A stretch of 27,972 nt of DNA. Origin: an uncultured bacterium. GTDB lineage: Bacteria > Hydrogenedentota > Hydrogenedentia > Hydrogenedentales > JAEUWI01. How positions within the stretch are numbered: position 1 is the first letter of the stretch; each line of letters opens with the position of its first letter. Where the stretch lies: assembly GCA_963977445.1 (NCBI GenBank), contig CAXBPH010000070.1, forward strand, positions 1 to 27,972, read 5' to 3'. Below are positions 8,409-16,800 of the stretch, piece by piece. The position numbers and the translations under genes are program-made. The notes below the pieces were generated by a model. That model made no database searches and was not told the origin of the DNA. It saw only the letters and a list, made by a program, of their open reading frames with translations.

Positions 8409-8424
8409 GCCATAATTGTGCCAG
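8409..8424 (-). promoter_or_regulatory. Candidate sigma54 promoter facing the histidine kinase
   Basis: Minus strand reads CTGGCACAATTATGGC, with GG-N10-GC spacing and a variant -12 element (TGGC). It lies about 150 bp from the 8576-8617 UAS. Confidence 0.45.
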
Positions 8425-8575
8425 AGCCGTGTGCGACTTAGCCGTCAATTTCGCGAGCACCGATCTGACCCATACCGGGAGCGCGTGTATATTTGGTGCC
8501 GTGCGGCGAGATCTATATACTTTAGGGTGAGTGGTAGTCGCTGCCAGCGGTGATTCAGGACCTATCGCCCTTCCG

Positions 8576-8617
8576 CTGGACAGGTTCTGATCAGGTACGT
8601 GGACAGATTCTGATCAC
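8576..8617. promoter_or_regulatory. Tandem enhancer (UAS) sites, best copies of the motif
   Basis: CTGGACAG-GTT-CTGATCAG (8576-8594) and GTGGACAG-ATT-CTGATCAC (8599-8617), 23 bp apart, 110-150 bp upstream of the promoter at 8727. Confidence 0.7.
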
Positions 8618-8726
8618 GTATCGGCCAATCTGAGTGGATTGATGTGTCGCGACCGCTGTCGATACTCCGCCTCCTTGTGTAAAGACGTAATTCGAAAGGA
8701 ATAACACGCGCGATTTGCGAACAACC

Positions 8727-8742
8727 TTGGCATACTAATTGC
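8727..8742 (+). promoter_or_regulatory. sigma54 promoter of the cusB-cusA-OMF-OMF operon
   Basis: TTGGCATACTAATTGC(T), close to consensus. Confidence 0.8.
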
Positions 8743-8876
8743 TGCTTACATCGCAGAATGCGCTTCGGACGATCCATCCAGGAGTCAACCGTTGATTGAG
8801 TCCACCACATACACGCTTTCCACACTTCCAAATTTGCCTGGTGATGCTCGGCAGATTCTTACGGCAGGAGAATAAT

Positions 8877-11363
8877 ATGTTGAAAGACGAGGCATTTAGC
8901 CGACTCCAAACCATGGCTTCCTCTCAAACCCGAGTGATCCTGTTGGTAATCACGGTCTTCGTAATCGGATTTCTTCTGCGAGGTTGTTTTGGCCCCCATG
9001 AGGTAGCATCGACCGACCCCGCGCACTCGGAAGCGACCACCGTGGCACCCACGGTGTGGACCTGCTCCATGCACCCGCAAATACACGCGCCGAAGCCCGG
9101 GCAATGTCCAATATGTGGGATGGACCTGATTCCCCTAAAAGAAGGCGGCGGATCGCAAGGCCCTCGGACCTTTGCGGTCACCGAAGAATCTGCGGCAATG
9201 ATGAATCTCCAGACTGTTCCTGTGGCGCGCAAGTTCGTGGACGCCGAGATTCGGATGGTCGGCAAGGTGGCCTACGACGAAACGCGCTTGACCTACATCA
9301 CCGCCTGGGTCCCTGGCCGCCTCGATAAGCTCTATGTGGATTACACGGGCGTCAAGGTCAATGAAGGCGACCACATGGTCTACCTGTACAGCCCGGAATT
9401 GATCAGTGCTCAGGAAGAACTCCGCCAGGCGAAGAACACGGCGGCCAATTTTACGGACGGCGCCGGGGCGGGCAAAATTGCCCGGGCAACCCTTCAGGCG
9501 GCGCGGGAGCGCCTCCGGTTGTGGGGCTTGACGCCAGAACAGATCGCTACGGCCGAAGGTGGCGAATTCTCCGACCATATTACCATCTATGCACCCACCG
9601 GCGGCACGGTTATCGAGCGCAATGGTCGGGAGGGCATGTACGTCGAAACGGGAACCCGAATCTATTCGCTGGCGGACCTGGATGAAATGTGGGTCATGTT
9701 TGATGCCTACGAGTCCGACCTGCCATGGCTCCGCTACGGACAGCACGTGGCATTCACCACGGAGGCCTACCAGGGCGAGCAGTTCGAGGGCATGATTGTC
9801 TTCATCGACCCCTTTCTCGATCCGAAGACCCGCACCGCTAAAGTCCGAGTAAATGTGTCCAATAAGGACGGTAAACTGAAGCCGGAAATGTTCGCTCGGG
9901 GCACGGTAAATTCCCGAATCGCCGAAGGCGGGCGGGTTGCGGACCCTACCCTCGCCGGAAAGTGGGTGGGCCCCATGCACCCCGAGATCGTCTCTGATGG
10001 CCCTGGTGACTGCCCGATCTGTGGGATGAAACTCGTCCCGGCGACGGATCTTGGCTACGTGGCCGGCGATGATTTGGAAGCCGCCAAGCCGTTGGTAATA
10101 CCTGTCACCGCCGCTCTGGTTACGGGCGCGCGCGCGGTAGTCTACGTGCAGCTGCCAGACATGGAAAAACCCACCTTCGAAGGACGGGAGATCGTGTTGG
10201 GACCCCGGGCGGGCGATTACTACCTGGTCCAGAGCGGCCTCTCCGAGGGGGAGTTGGTGGTCATAAACGGAAACTTTAAGATCGACAGCGCCCTCCAGAT
10301 ATTGGCAAAGCCGAGCATGATGCAGCCCGATGAATCTGGTGACGATGGCGAACTTCACGGCGAGCACAGTGCGCAAGAGCGCTTCGCCGATGCTCCAGCC
10401 TTTCAAGAACAATTGAGTCAGGTGTATGACGCGTACCTCCAGATTCAAGAAGCCCTGGCCGCCGACACACCAGAGGTCGCGACGGCTGCGAGCATTTCCA
10501 TGCAGGAGGCCCTGGGCTTGCTGGACATGGCCCTTCTGGAGGGAGAGGCCCACATGGCGTGGATGCCTCTGGCAAAGAGTATGGATGAGAATCTGGCAGC
10601 GATGTCAGCGGTTGCGGACCTGGAGGCCATCCGGCCCCCCTTCGAGGCCCTGAGTGGCCATCTGACCACGGCCATACGACAGTTCGGGCTGAAGGACGGG
10701 GCACCCGTATTCATTGCCCACTGCCCCATGGCACTCGATGGGAAGGGGGCCAACTGGCTTCAATCCACCGAGAATATTGCCAACCCCTATTACGGGGCGG
10801 CCATGCTCAATTGCGGCGACGTTGTGGAGCAACTAGAGTCGACAACGGAATCCTCCCCGGCGGCCGATGCCACACCCTCGCCCCGGTTTGACGGGGTGCC
10901 CCTCCCATTCCAGGAACAGCTTGCCGGGGTCTACCGCGCCTACTTGCCCCTCCATGCGGCACTCGCAGCGGACGACGCCGACACCGCCAGAACCGCCGGG
11001 ACCACCGCGTTGGAGGCCCTCAAGGCAGTTGATATGAAACTTCTCGAAGGAGAAACCCATATGGCGTGGATGCCCTTGGCAAACGGCCTGGAAGCAAGTC
11101 TGTCCACCATCGTGGCCGCAACGGAAATTGAGGCCATGCGGGGCACCTTCGCAGATGTCGCTTCGCAGATGTCTGATGCGCTCCGACAGTATGGCCAAAA
11201 AGATGGACCGCCAGTTTTCCTGGCCCACTGCCCCATGGCACTCGATGGGAAAGGGGCCAACTGGCTTCAATCCACCGAGGAAGTCACCAATCCCTACTAC
11301 GGCGCTGCCATGCTCAATTGTGGTGACATCGTGGAAGAAATTAATTCGGTGGTTGCGCAATGA
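8877..11363 (+). CDS. cusB: CusB-like RND periplasmic adaptor with two heavy-metal-binding (xPMHP..CPICGM) domains and two tandem DUF3347-like domains
   Basis: RBS AGGAG before ATG 8877. Motifs WTCSMHPQ..CPICGMDL, YSPELISAQEE, DPKTRTAKVR, LKPEMF and GPMHPEI..CPICGMKL. Two copies of AHCPMALDGKGANWLQST...NPYYGAAMLNCG. Confidence 0.9.
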   Translation: MLKDEAFSRLQTMASSQTRVILLVITVFVIGFLLRGCFGPHEVASTDPAHSEATTVAPTVWTCSMHPQIHAPKPGQCPICGMDLIPLKEGGGSQGPRTFAVTEESAAMMNLQTVPVARKFVDAEIRMVGKVAYDETRLTYITAWVPGRLDKLYVDYTGVKVNEGDHMVYLYSPELISAQEELRQAKNTAANFTDGAGAGKIARATLQAARERLRLWGLTPEQIATAEGGEFSDHITIYAPTGGTVIERNGREGMYVETGTRIYSLADLDEMWVMFDAYESDLPWLRYGQHVAFTTEAYQGEQFEGMIVFIDPFLDPKTRTAKVRVNVSNKDGKLKPEMFARGTVNSRIAEGGRVADPTLAGKWVGPMHPEIVSDGPGDCPICGMKLVPATDLGYVAGDDLEAAKPLVIPVTAALVTGARAVVYVQLPDMEKPTFEGREIVLGPRAGDYYLVQSGLSEGELVVINGNFKIDSALQILAKPSMMQPDESGDDGELHGEHSAQERFADAPAFQEQLSQVYDAYLQIQEALAADTPEVATAASISMQEALGLLDMALLEGEAHMAWMPLAKSMDENLAAMSAVADLEAIRPPFEALSGHLTTAIRQFGLKDGAPVFIAHCPMALDGKGANWLQSTENIANPYYGAAMLNCGDVVEQLESTTESSPAADATPSPRFDGVPLPFQEQLAGVYRAYLPLHAALAADDADTARTAGTTALEALKAVDMKLLEGETHMAWMPLANGLEASLSTIVAATEIEAMRGTFADVASQMSDALRQYGQKDGPPVFLAHCPMALDGKGANWLQSTEEVTNPYYGAAMLNCGDIVEEINSVVAQ
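10716..11279 (+). repeat. Intragenic tandem duplication (period 507 bp) inside cusB
   Basis: 10716-10772 and 11223-11279 are identical at 56 of 57 nt. Confidence 0.9.
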
Positions 11364-14300
11364 CCGAGAACAACGTGAATTCAGCGTCACGGCGCTCGCC
11401 CATCGATGCCCTCATGCTCTTCTGCCTGAACAACAAGCTGATCGTTTTTCTGCTGATCCTGTTCGCGGTCCTCTGGGGTGTCATGACGGCCCCCTTCGAC
11501 TGGGAATTTGAATGGATGCCCCGGGATCCCGTGGCTGTGGATGCCATCCCGGACATCGGCGAGAACCAGCAGATCGTCTTCACCGAATGGATGGGCCGGT
11601 CCCCCCAGGACGTGGAAGATCAGATTACTTATCCCATGACGGTATCCCTGCTGGGCCTGCCCGGCGTGAAAACCGTGCGCAGCTATTCCTTTTTCGGCTT
11701 TTCCACCATCTACATCATTTTTGAAGAAGGGGTGGAGTTTTATTGGTCGCGCAGCCGGGTGTTGGAGAAGCTGAACAGCCTCCCCCCCAATACCTTGCCC
11801 GCTGGCGTGCAACCCATGCTCGGCCCCGACGCCACGGCATTGGGCCAGATCTATCAATACACCCTCGAAGGCCAAGATCCCGACGGCAACCCCACAGGCG
11901 GGTGGGATCTGCACGAGCTTCGAACCGTCCAGGATTGGTATGTGCGGTATGCGCTGTTGGCATCCGGTGGGGTCAGCGAGGTGGCCTCGGTGGGAGGCTT
12001 TGTTCAGGAATACCAAATCGATGTGGATCCCGATGCCATGCGGGCCTACGGCGTAACCTTGGACGAGATTTATAACGCGGTGCGGAAGTCCAATGTGGAC
12101 GTGGGCGCGCGTACCATCGAGATTAATCGCGTCGAGTATGTGATCCGAGGCCTCGGCTTCATCGAGAATATCGAAGACATACAGAAGTCTGTCGTCAAAG
12201 TCCAGGACAACGTGCCCATCCGCTTATCGGAAGTGGCCAACGTCACCTTGGGCCCGGCCCTCCGCCGTGGTGCGCTGGACAAGTCGGGCGCGGAGGCGGT
12301 CGGCGGCATTGTGGTGGTGCGCTACGGGGAGAACCCCCTGGCGGTCATCAAGAAGGTAAAGGCAAAGATTGCGGAGATTCGGCCCGGGATGCCCACGAAG
12401 GCCGTCGTCGATTTTGCGCTGGCAGACCTGGATACGGTCGAGGCCTTTGCGGAGGCGGGCGCCTTTTCGGCCTTCGGCGACGGGGGCGCGCTGAATCAGG
12501 ATGGATGGATGGCGTGGCTGGGCGCCCACGAGCGCAGCGAATGGCCCTCTTGGGTAACTACGAGCAAAGTAACCGTCGTACCCTACTATGACCGCGCGGG
12601 GCTTATCTACGAGACCCTGGGCACACTGGAGACCGCCCTACTCGAAGAAATACTGATTACGATCATCGTAGTCCTTGTCATGGTGCGGCACCTGCGCAGC
12701 GCCGTGCTCATAAGCGGCTTACTTCCCCTGGCCGTACTCATGTGCTTCATCGGCATGAAATACGCCGGTGTTGACGCCAATATTGTGGCCCTGTCTGGCA
12801 TTGCGATCGCCATCGGCACCATGGTCGACATGGGCATCGTCATGACGGAAAACATCCTCAAGCACCTCGACGAAGCGCCGCCAGAGGAGGATCGAAAAAA
12901 CGTTATCTTTCGCGCCTCCAGCGAGGTAGGCAGCGCCGTCTTGACCGCCGTGGCCACTACGGTGGTAAGTTTCCTGCCCGTATTCACCATGATCGGCGCG
13001 GAGGGCAAGCTGTTTAAGCCCCTGGCCTTTACCAAGACCTTCGCGCTGATTGCCGCCGTGGTGGTGGCGCTCACCATCATCCCACCCCTCGCCCACATCC
13101 TGCTCGCGGGCCGGGTACGCACACCCCGATTCACCCAAGTCTTGTGGTCGGCCGTTATTGTCGGCGGCCTGGTCGTCGGTGTTTTCTTCTCGTGGCTCGT
13201 AGCGCTCATTCTCATCGCCATTGGCGCGTACCAGCTTGCCCAGCCACGGCTGTCGGAGCGGGCGGTACGGCTTGGTCCGCTCTTCGCTACGGGCCTGGTC
13301 ACGCTGGTTGTCGGGGTATTCCTCACCCGGCACTGGATGCCCCTGGGTGCCCATCAGGGCTTGCCTTACAATCTTATCTTCGTCGTGATTGTCCTTGGAG
13401 GACTGCTGGGCTTTTTCGAGTTTTTCCAGTACATCTACCCCCCGCTTTTGCGGTGGTTTCTCGATCACAAACTTGTCTATCTTTCGGGCCCGGCCCTGGT
13501 CGTCCTCTTCGGACTCTGTGCCTGGCTCGGGCTCAACCAGGTCTTCTTCTTTGTGCCCAACTTCGTGACACAAACCCGTGCGTGGAGCGCCGCGGCGCAC
13601 ACCTTTCCGGGCTTCGGAAAAGAATTCATGCCCGCACTGGATGAAGGTTCCTACCTGTTCATGCCGACCACCATGCCCCACGCGTCCATCGGTGAGGCCC
13701 TCGACGTGCTCCAGTTGCAGGATCAGGCCATCGGCGCCATACCCGAAGTGGCGTCTGTGGTGGGTAAGATTGGCCGTGCGGACAGTCCCATGGATCCCGC
13801 GCCGATCTCCATGATCGAGACCATTATCAACTACAAACCCGAATACCGGACGGACAAGGATGGGCATCGGGCCACGTTCCGATATGACGTAAAGACGGAT
13901 GCCTATTCACGGGACGAAAACGGGGAACTCATCCCCGATCCAAACGGCCGTGTCTACCGGGAGTGGCGGGAACACATCCATACGCCGGACGACATCTGGG
14001 AAGAAATCCTGGCGGCGGCGGAAGTTCCCGGTACCACCTCCGCCCCCAAGCTCCAACCCATCGCGGCGCGCATTGTCATGTTGCAGAGCGGCATGCGAGC
14101 GCCCATGGGACTGAAGGTCAAGGGCCCCGATTTGGCGACCATCGAAAAGGTCGGTTTCGAGATGGAGCGGCTGCTCAAGGAGGTTCCGAGTATCGAGGCC
14201 TCCGCCGTAATCGCGGACCGTATTGTGGGCAAGCCCTACCTGGAAATCGATATCGACCGGGAGGCCATCGCCCGCTATGGCATCACCATCCGGGACGTGC

Positions 14301-15340
14301 AGGATGTCATCGAAGTGGCCGTCGGCGGCAACACCATTACCACGACGGTGGAAGGGCGCGAGCGCTATCCTGTTCGGGTCCGCTACCTCCGCGAACTGCG
14401 GGACGACAGCGAGTCCCTGAAGCGCATACTCGTGGCGGCACCCGATGGCACCCAGGTTCCTTTGGGGCAGGTGTCCACCATCAATTTCGTGCGCGGCCCC
14501 CAGGCGATCAAGAGTGAAGATACCTTCCTGCTGGGTTACGTGTTGTTCGACAAGAAACCCGGCGAGGCCGAGGTGGATGTGGTGGAAGATGCGCAGCGTT
14601 ATCTGCAGGAGAAAATCGACTCAGGTGAATTGGTATTGCCCGCCGGAGTGAGCTATGTATTTTCCGGCAACTATGAGAATCAGATCCGCGCGGCCAAAAC
14701 CCTGGCCATTGTCCTTCCGCTGGCCCTTTTTGTCATTTTTTTGCTGCTGTATTTGCAGTTTCGTTCGACGCTCACGACCGGGCTGGTTTTCTCGGGCATC
14801 TTCCTGGCCTGGTCCGGCGGCTTCGTGCTGATCTGGTTCTATGCCCAGCCCTGGTTTCTGGACGTGAACGTGCTCGGCATCAACATGCGGGAGCTATTCG
14901 GCGTCCACACCATCAACATGAGTGTTGCCGTGTGGGTCGGTTTCCTGGCCCTTTTCGGCATCGCTTCCGATGACGGTGTCGTCATGGCAACCTACCTGGA
15001 TCAGAGTTTCAAACGGTTGAAACTGGATAGCATCGCGGCCATCCGGCAGGCAACGGTGGAAGCGGGACAACGCCGTATCCGTCCCTGCCTGATGACCACC
15101 GCCACGACGATTCTGGCGCTGATTCCCGTACTTACCTCGAACGGGCGGGGCTCGGACGTCATGATACCCATGGCGATTCCCGCCTTCGGTGGCATGGCCA
15201 TTGAATTGCTGACGCTGTTTCTCGTGCCCGTACTCTACTGCTGGCTCGGTGAGGTGCGCTTTAAATTAGGGTACTTGCGGCCCGAAGAATTGTCTGGTGT
15301 GGCCGCGAACGTCCCTGGGGACGAGGGAGACGAATCATGA
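11360..15340 (+). CDS. cusA: CusA/CzcA-family heavy-metal efflux RND permease (CusA/SilA type)
   Basis: Motifs VDAIPDIGENQQIVFTEWMGRSPQDVEDQITYP, LGPDATALGQI, GIAIAIGTMVD, EFMPALDEG and RIRPCLMT. ATGA overlap with cusB. Confidence 0.95.
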   Translation: MTENNVNSASRRSPIDALMLFCLNNKLIVFLLILFAVLWGVMTAPFDWEFEWMPRDPVAVDAIPDIGENQQIVFTEWMGRSPQDVEDQITYPMTVSLLGLPGVKTVRSYSFFGFSTIYIIFEEGVEFYWSRSRVLEKLNSLPPNTLPAGVQPMLGPDATALGQIYQYTLEGQDPDGNPTGGWDLHELRTVQDWYVRYALLASGGVSEVASVGGFVQEYQIDVDPDAMRAYGVTLDEIYNAVRKSNVDVGARTIEINRVEYVIRGLGFIENIEDIQKSVVKVQDNVPIRLSEVANVTLGPALRRGALDKSGAEAVGGIVVVRYGENPLAVIKKVKAKIAEIRPGMPTKAVVDFALADLDTVEAFAEAGAFSAFGDGGALNQDGWMAWLGAHERSEWPSWVTTSKVTVVPYYDRAGLIYETLGTLETALLEEILITIIVVLVMVRHLRSAVLISGLLPLAVLMCFIGMKYAGVDANIVALSGIAIAIGTMVDMGIVMTENILKHLDEAPPEEDRKNVIFRASSEVGSAVLTAVATTVVSFLPVFTMIGAEGKLFKPLAFTKTFALIAAVVVALTIIPPLAHILLAGRVRTPRFTQVLWSAVIVGGLVVGVFFSWLVALILIAIGAYQLAQPRLSERAVRLGPLFATGLVTLVVGVFLTRHWMPLGAHQGLPYNLIFVVIVLGGLLGFFEFFQYIYPPLLRWFLDHKLVYLSGPALVVLFGLCAWLGLNQVFFFVPNFVTQTRAWSAAAHTFPGFGKEFMPALDEGSYLFMPTTMPHASIGEALDVLQLQDQAIGAIPEVASVVGKIGRADSPMDPAPISMIETIINYKPEYRTDKDGHRATFRYDVKTDAYSRDENGELIPDPNGRVYREWREHIHTPDDIWEEILAAAEVPGTTSAPKLQPIAARIVMLQSGMRAPMGLKVKGPDLATIEKVGFEMERLLKEVPSIEASAVIADRIVGKPYLEIDIDREAIARYGITIRDVQDVIEVAVGGNTITTTVEGRERYPVRVRYLRELRDDSESLKRILVAAPDGTQVPLGQVSTINFVRGPQAIKSEDTFLLGYVLFDKKPGEAEVDVVEDAQRYLQEKIDSGELVLPAGVSYVFSGNYENQIRAAKTLAIVLPLALFVIFLLLYLQFRSTLTTGLVFSGIFLAWSGGFVLIWFYAQPWFLDVNVLGINMRELFGVHTINMSVAVWVGFLALFGIASDDGVVMATYLDQSFKRLKLDSIAAIRQATVEAGQRRIRPCLMTTATTILALIPVLTSNGRGSDVMIPMAIPAFGGMAIELLTLFLVPVLYCWLGEVRFKLGYLRPEELSGVAANVPGDEGDES

Positions 15341-16800
15341 AAAAGGAGAGTATGCGAATCGCTGTTTTGGCCACCGCACTGTCCTTGCTGGGCATGGGCT
15401 GCGCCACGTCGGGTGCTGCCAAACGGCCCGGCACGCCCGCTGACTGGCGGGCCGAAATGCAGCCCGCTCTGGCGATAGAGGAAGCCCAAACACTGGAGGA
15501 GGGTCTCACCCTGGCACGTGCCGTCCAACTCGGTGCCGAGCGCAACCCCACGGTCGCCGCAGCCCGGGAGCGGTGGCTGGCCCAGATCAAACGGGAGCCC
15601 CAGGCCCTTACCCCACCGGACCCCATGTTGGAAGCGGGCTACCAGTTCCGCAGCACGGAAACGCGGGTCGGCCCCGTGGAAAGTAGCTTCGGATTGCGCC
15701 AAACCTTACCCTGGCCTCAGAAACTCTGGGCCCGTGGGCGTGTGGCTGCCACAGGTGCTGATATTGCCCAATTACAGTATGAAGCCGCCCTGCGCGATCT
15801 CGTCGTGGATGTGAAGGCGTCGTACTACGAACTATTCTATCTCGACCAGGCGATACCCGTGGTGAACGGGATCGAGGAGATGTTACGCAACGATGCAATC
15901 CTGGCCTATGGGGAACTCAGCGTTGGCCGTACCGCCCTCAGCGAAGGCTTCCGCGCCGAGAGCCAGGCAGCACAGTTGGCCTATGACCGACTGCTGCTCA
16001 CCGAACAGCGAGCGTCCCAGGCGGAACGATTCAAATCACTGCTAAACCTCCCGCCAGACGCGACTGTAGGCCCCATCCGCAGCGCGCCGGTGTACGCCGT
16101 ATCGCCGGACGCAACGGAACTCTATGGGCGGGCCGAAGCCTACGCGGAGGCACTGCGAATCAAGGGCCTGGAAACGCAGCGGGCCGCTTTCGAAACCTAT
16201 CTGGCGAAGTGGTCGCGGGTACCCGACATCTCCGTGGGGGGAACGTACTCCTTCGTTGACCCGGCCCGAATTATGCGGACGAAGAGCCCCAATGGAACCA
16301 CCACCCAGGCACCCGCACCTGCCATGAGTGGAAAAGATCCGGTCAACGGAATGGTATCCATGAACCTCCCTATCTTTGTCTGGCGGAACAATGCCCTTAT
16401 CCAGGAACAGAAAGCGCTCGAACGGGCCATGCGCCTGGACGCCCTTGCCGATCTGAACCGGGTTCGGGCAGGCGTGGCGCGCGCCAGTTTCAACGTGCGG
16501 CTGACCGAGCGGCTGGTTGTGCTCTATGAGGACACCTTGCTGCCCCAGGCCCAATCGGTGATGGATCAGGCCGAACTCCTGTTCCGTAACGATCAGGCCT
16601 CCTTTTCTAATTTGATTGAAACCACACTGGCCTACCAGAACTTCACGCTCGCCCGACTGCGCGCCCAAGCCGACCACGGCCAGGCCATCGGAGAACTGGA
16701 GCGCCTGCTTGGTACGACTGCGGAAACCCGTCCGTCGGCGGAACCGCCAGAGAGCGACCAGAGTCAGACCACCGAAACCGAGGGAGTCGCCGCGCAATGA
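15337..16800 (+). CDS. TolC/OMF-family outer membrane efflux lipoprotein 1
   Basis: Lipobox LLGMGC. OMF hallmarks ERNPTVAAAR, PDPML, LRQTLPWPQKL, VKASYYEL, PDISVG and MNLPIF. ATGA overlap. Confidence 0.9.
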   Translation: MKKESMRIAVLATALSLLGMGCATSGAAKRPGTPADWRAEMQPALAIEEAQTLEEGLTLARAVQLGAERNPTVAAARERWLAQIKREPQALTPPDPMLEAGYQFRSTETRVGPVESSFGLRQTLPWPQKLWARGRVAATGADIAQLQYEAALRDLVVDVKASYYELFYLDQAIPVVNGIEEMLRNDAILAYGELSVGRTALSEGFRAESQAAQLAYDRLLLTEQRASQAERFKSLLNLPPDATVGPIRSAPVYAVSPDATELYGRAEAYAEALRIKGLETQRAAFETYLAKWSRVPDISVGGTYSFVDPARIMRTKSPNGTTTQAPAPAMSGKDPVNGMVSMNLPIFVWRNNALIQEQKALERAMRLDALADLNRVRAGVARASFNVRLTERLVVLYEDTLLPQAQSVMDQAELLFRNDQASFSNLIETTLAYQNFTLARLRAQADHGQAIGELERLLGTTAETRPSAEPPESDQSQTTETEGVAAQ

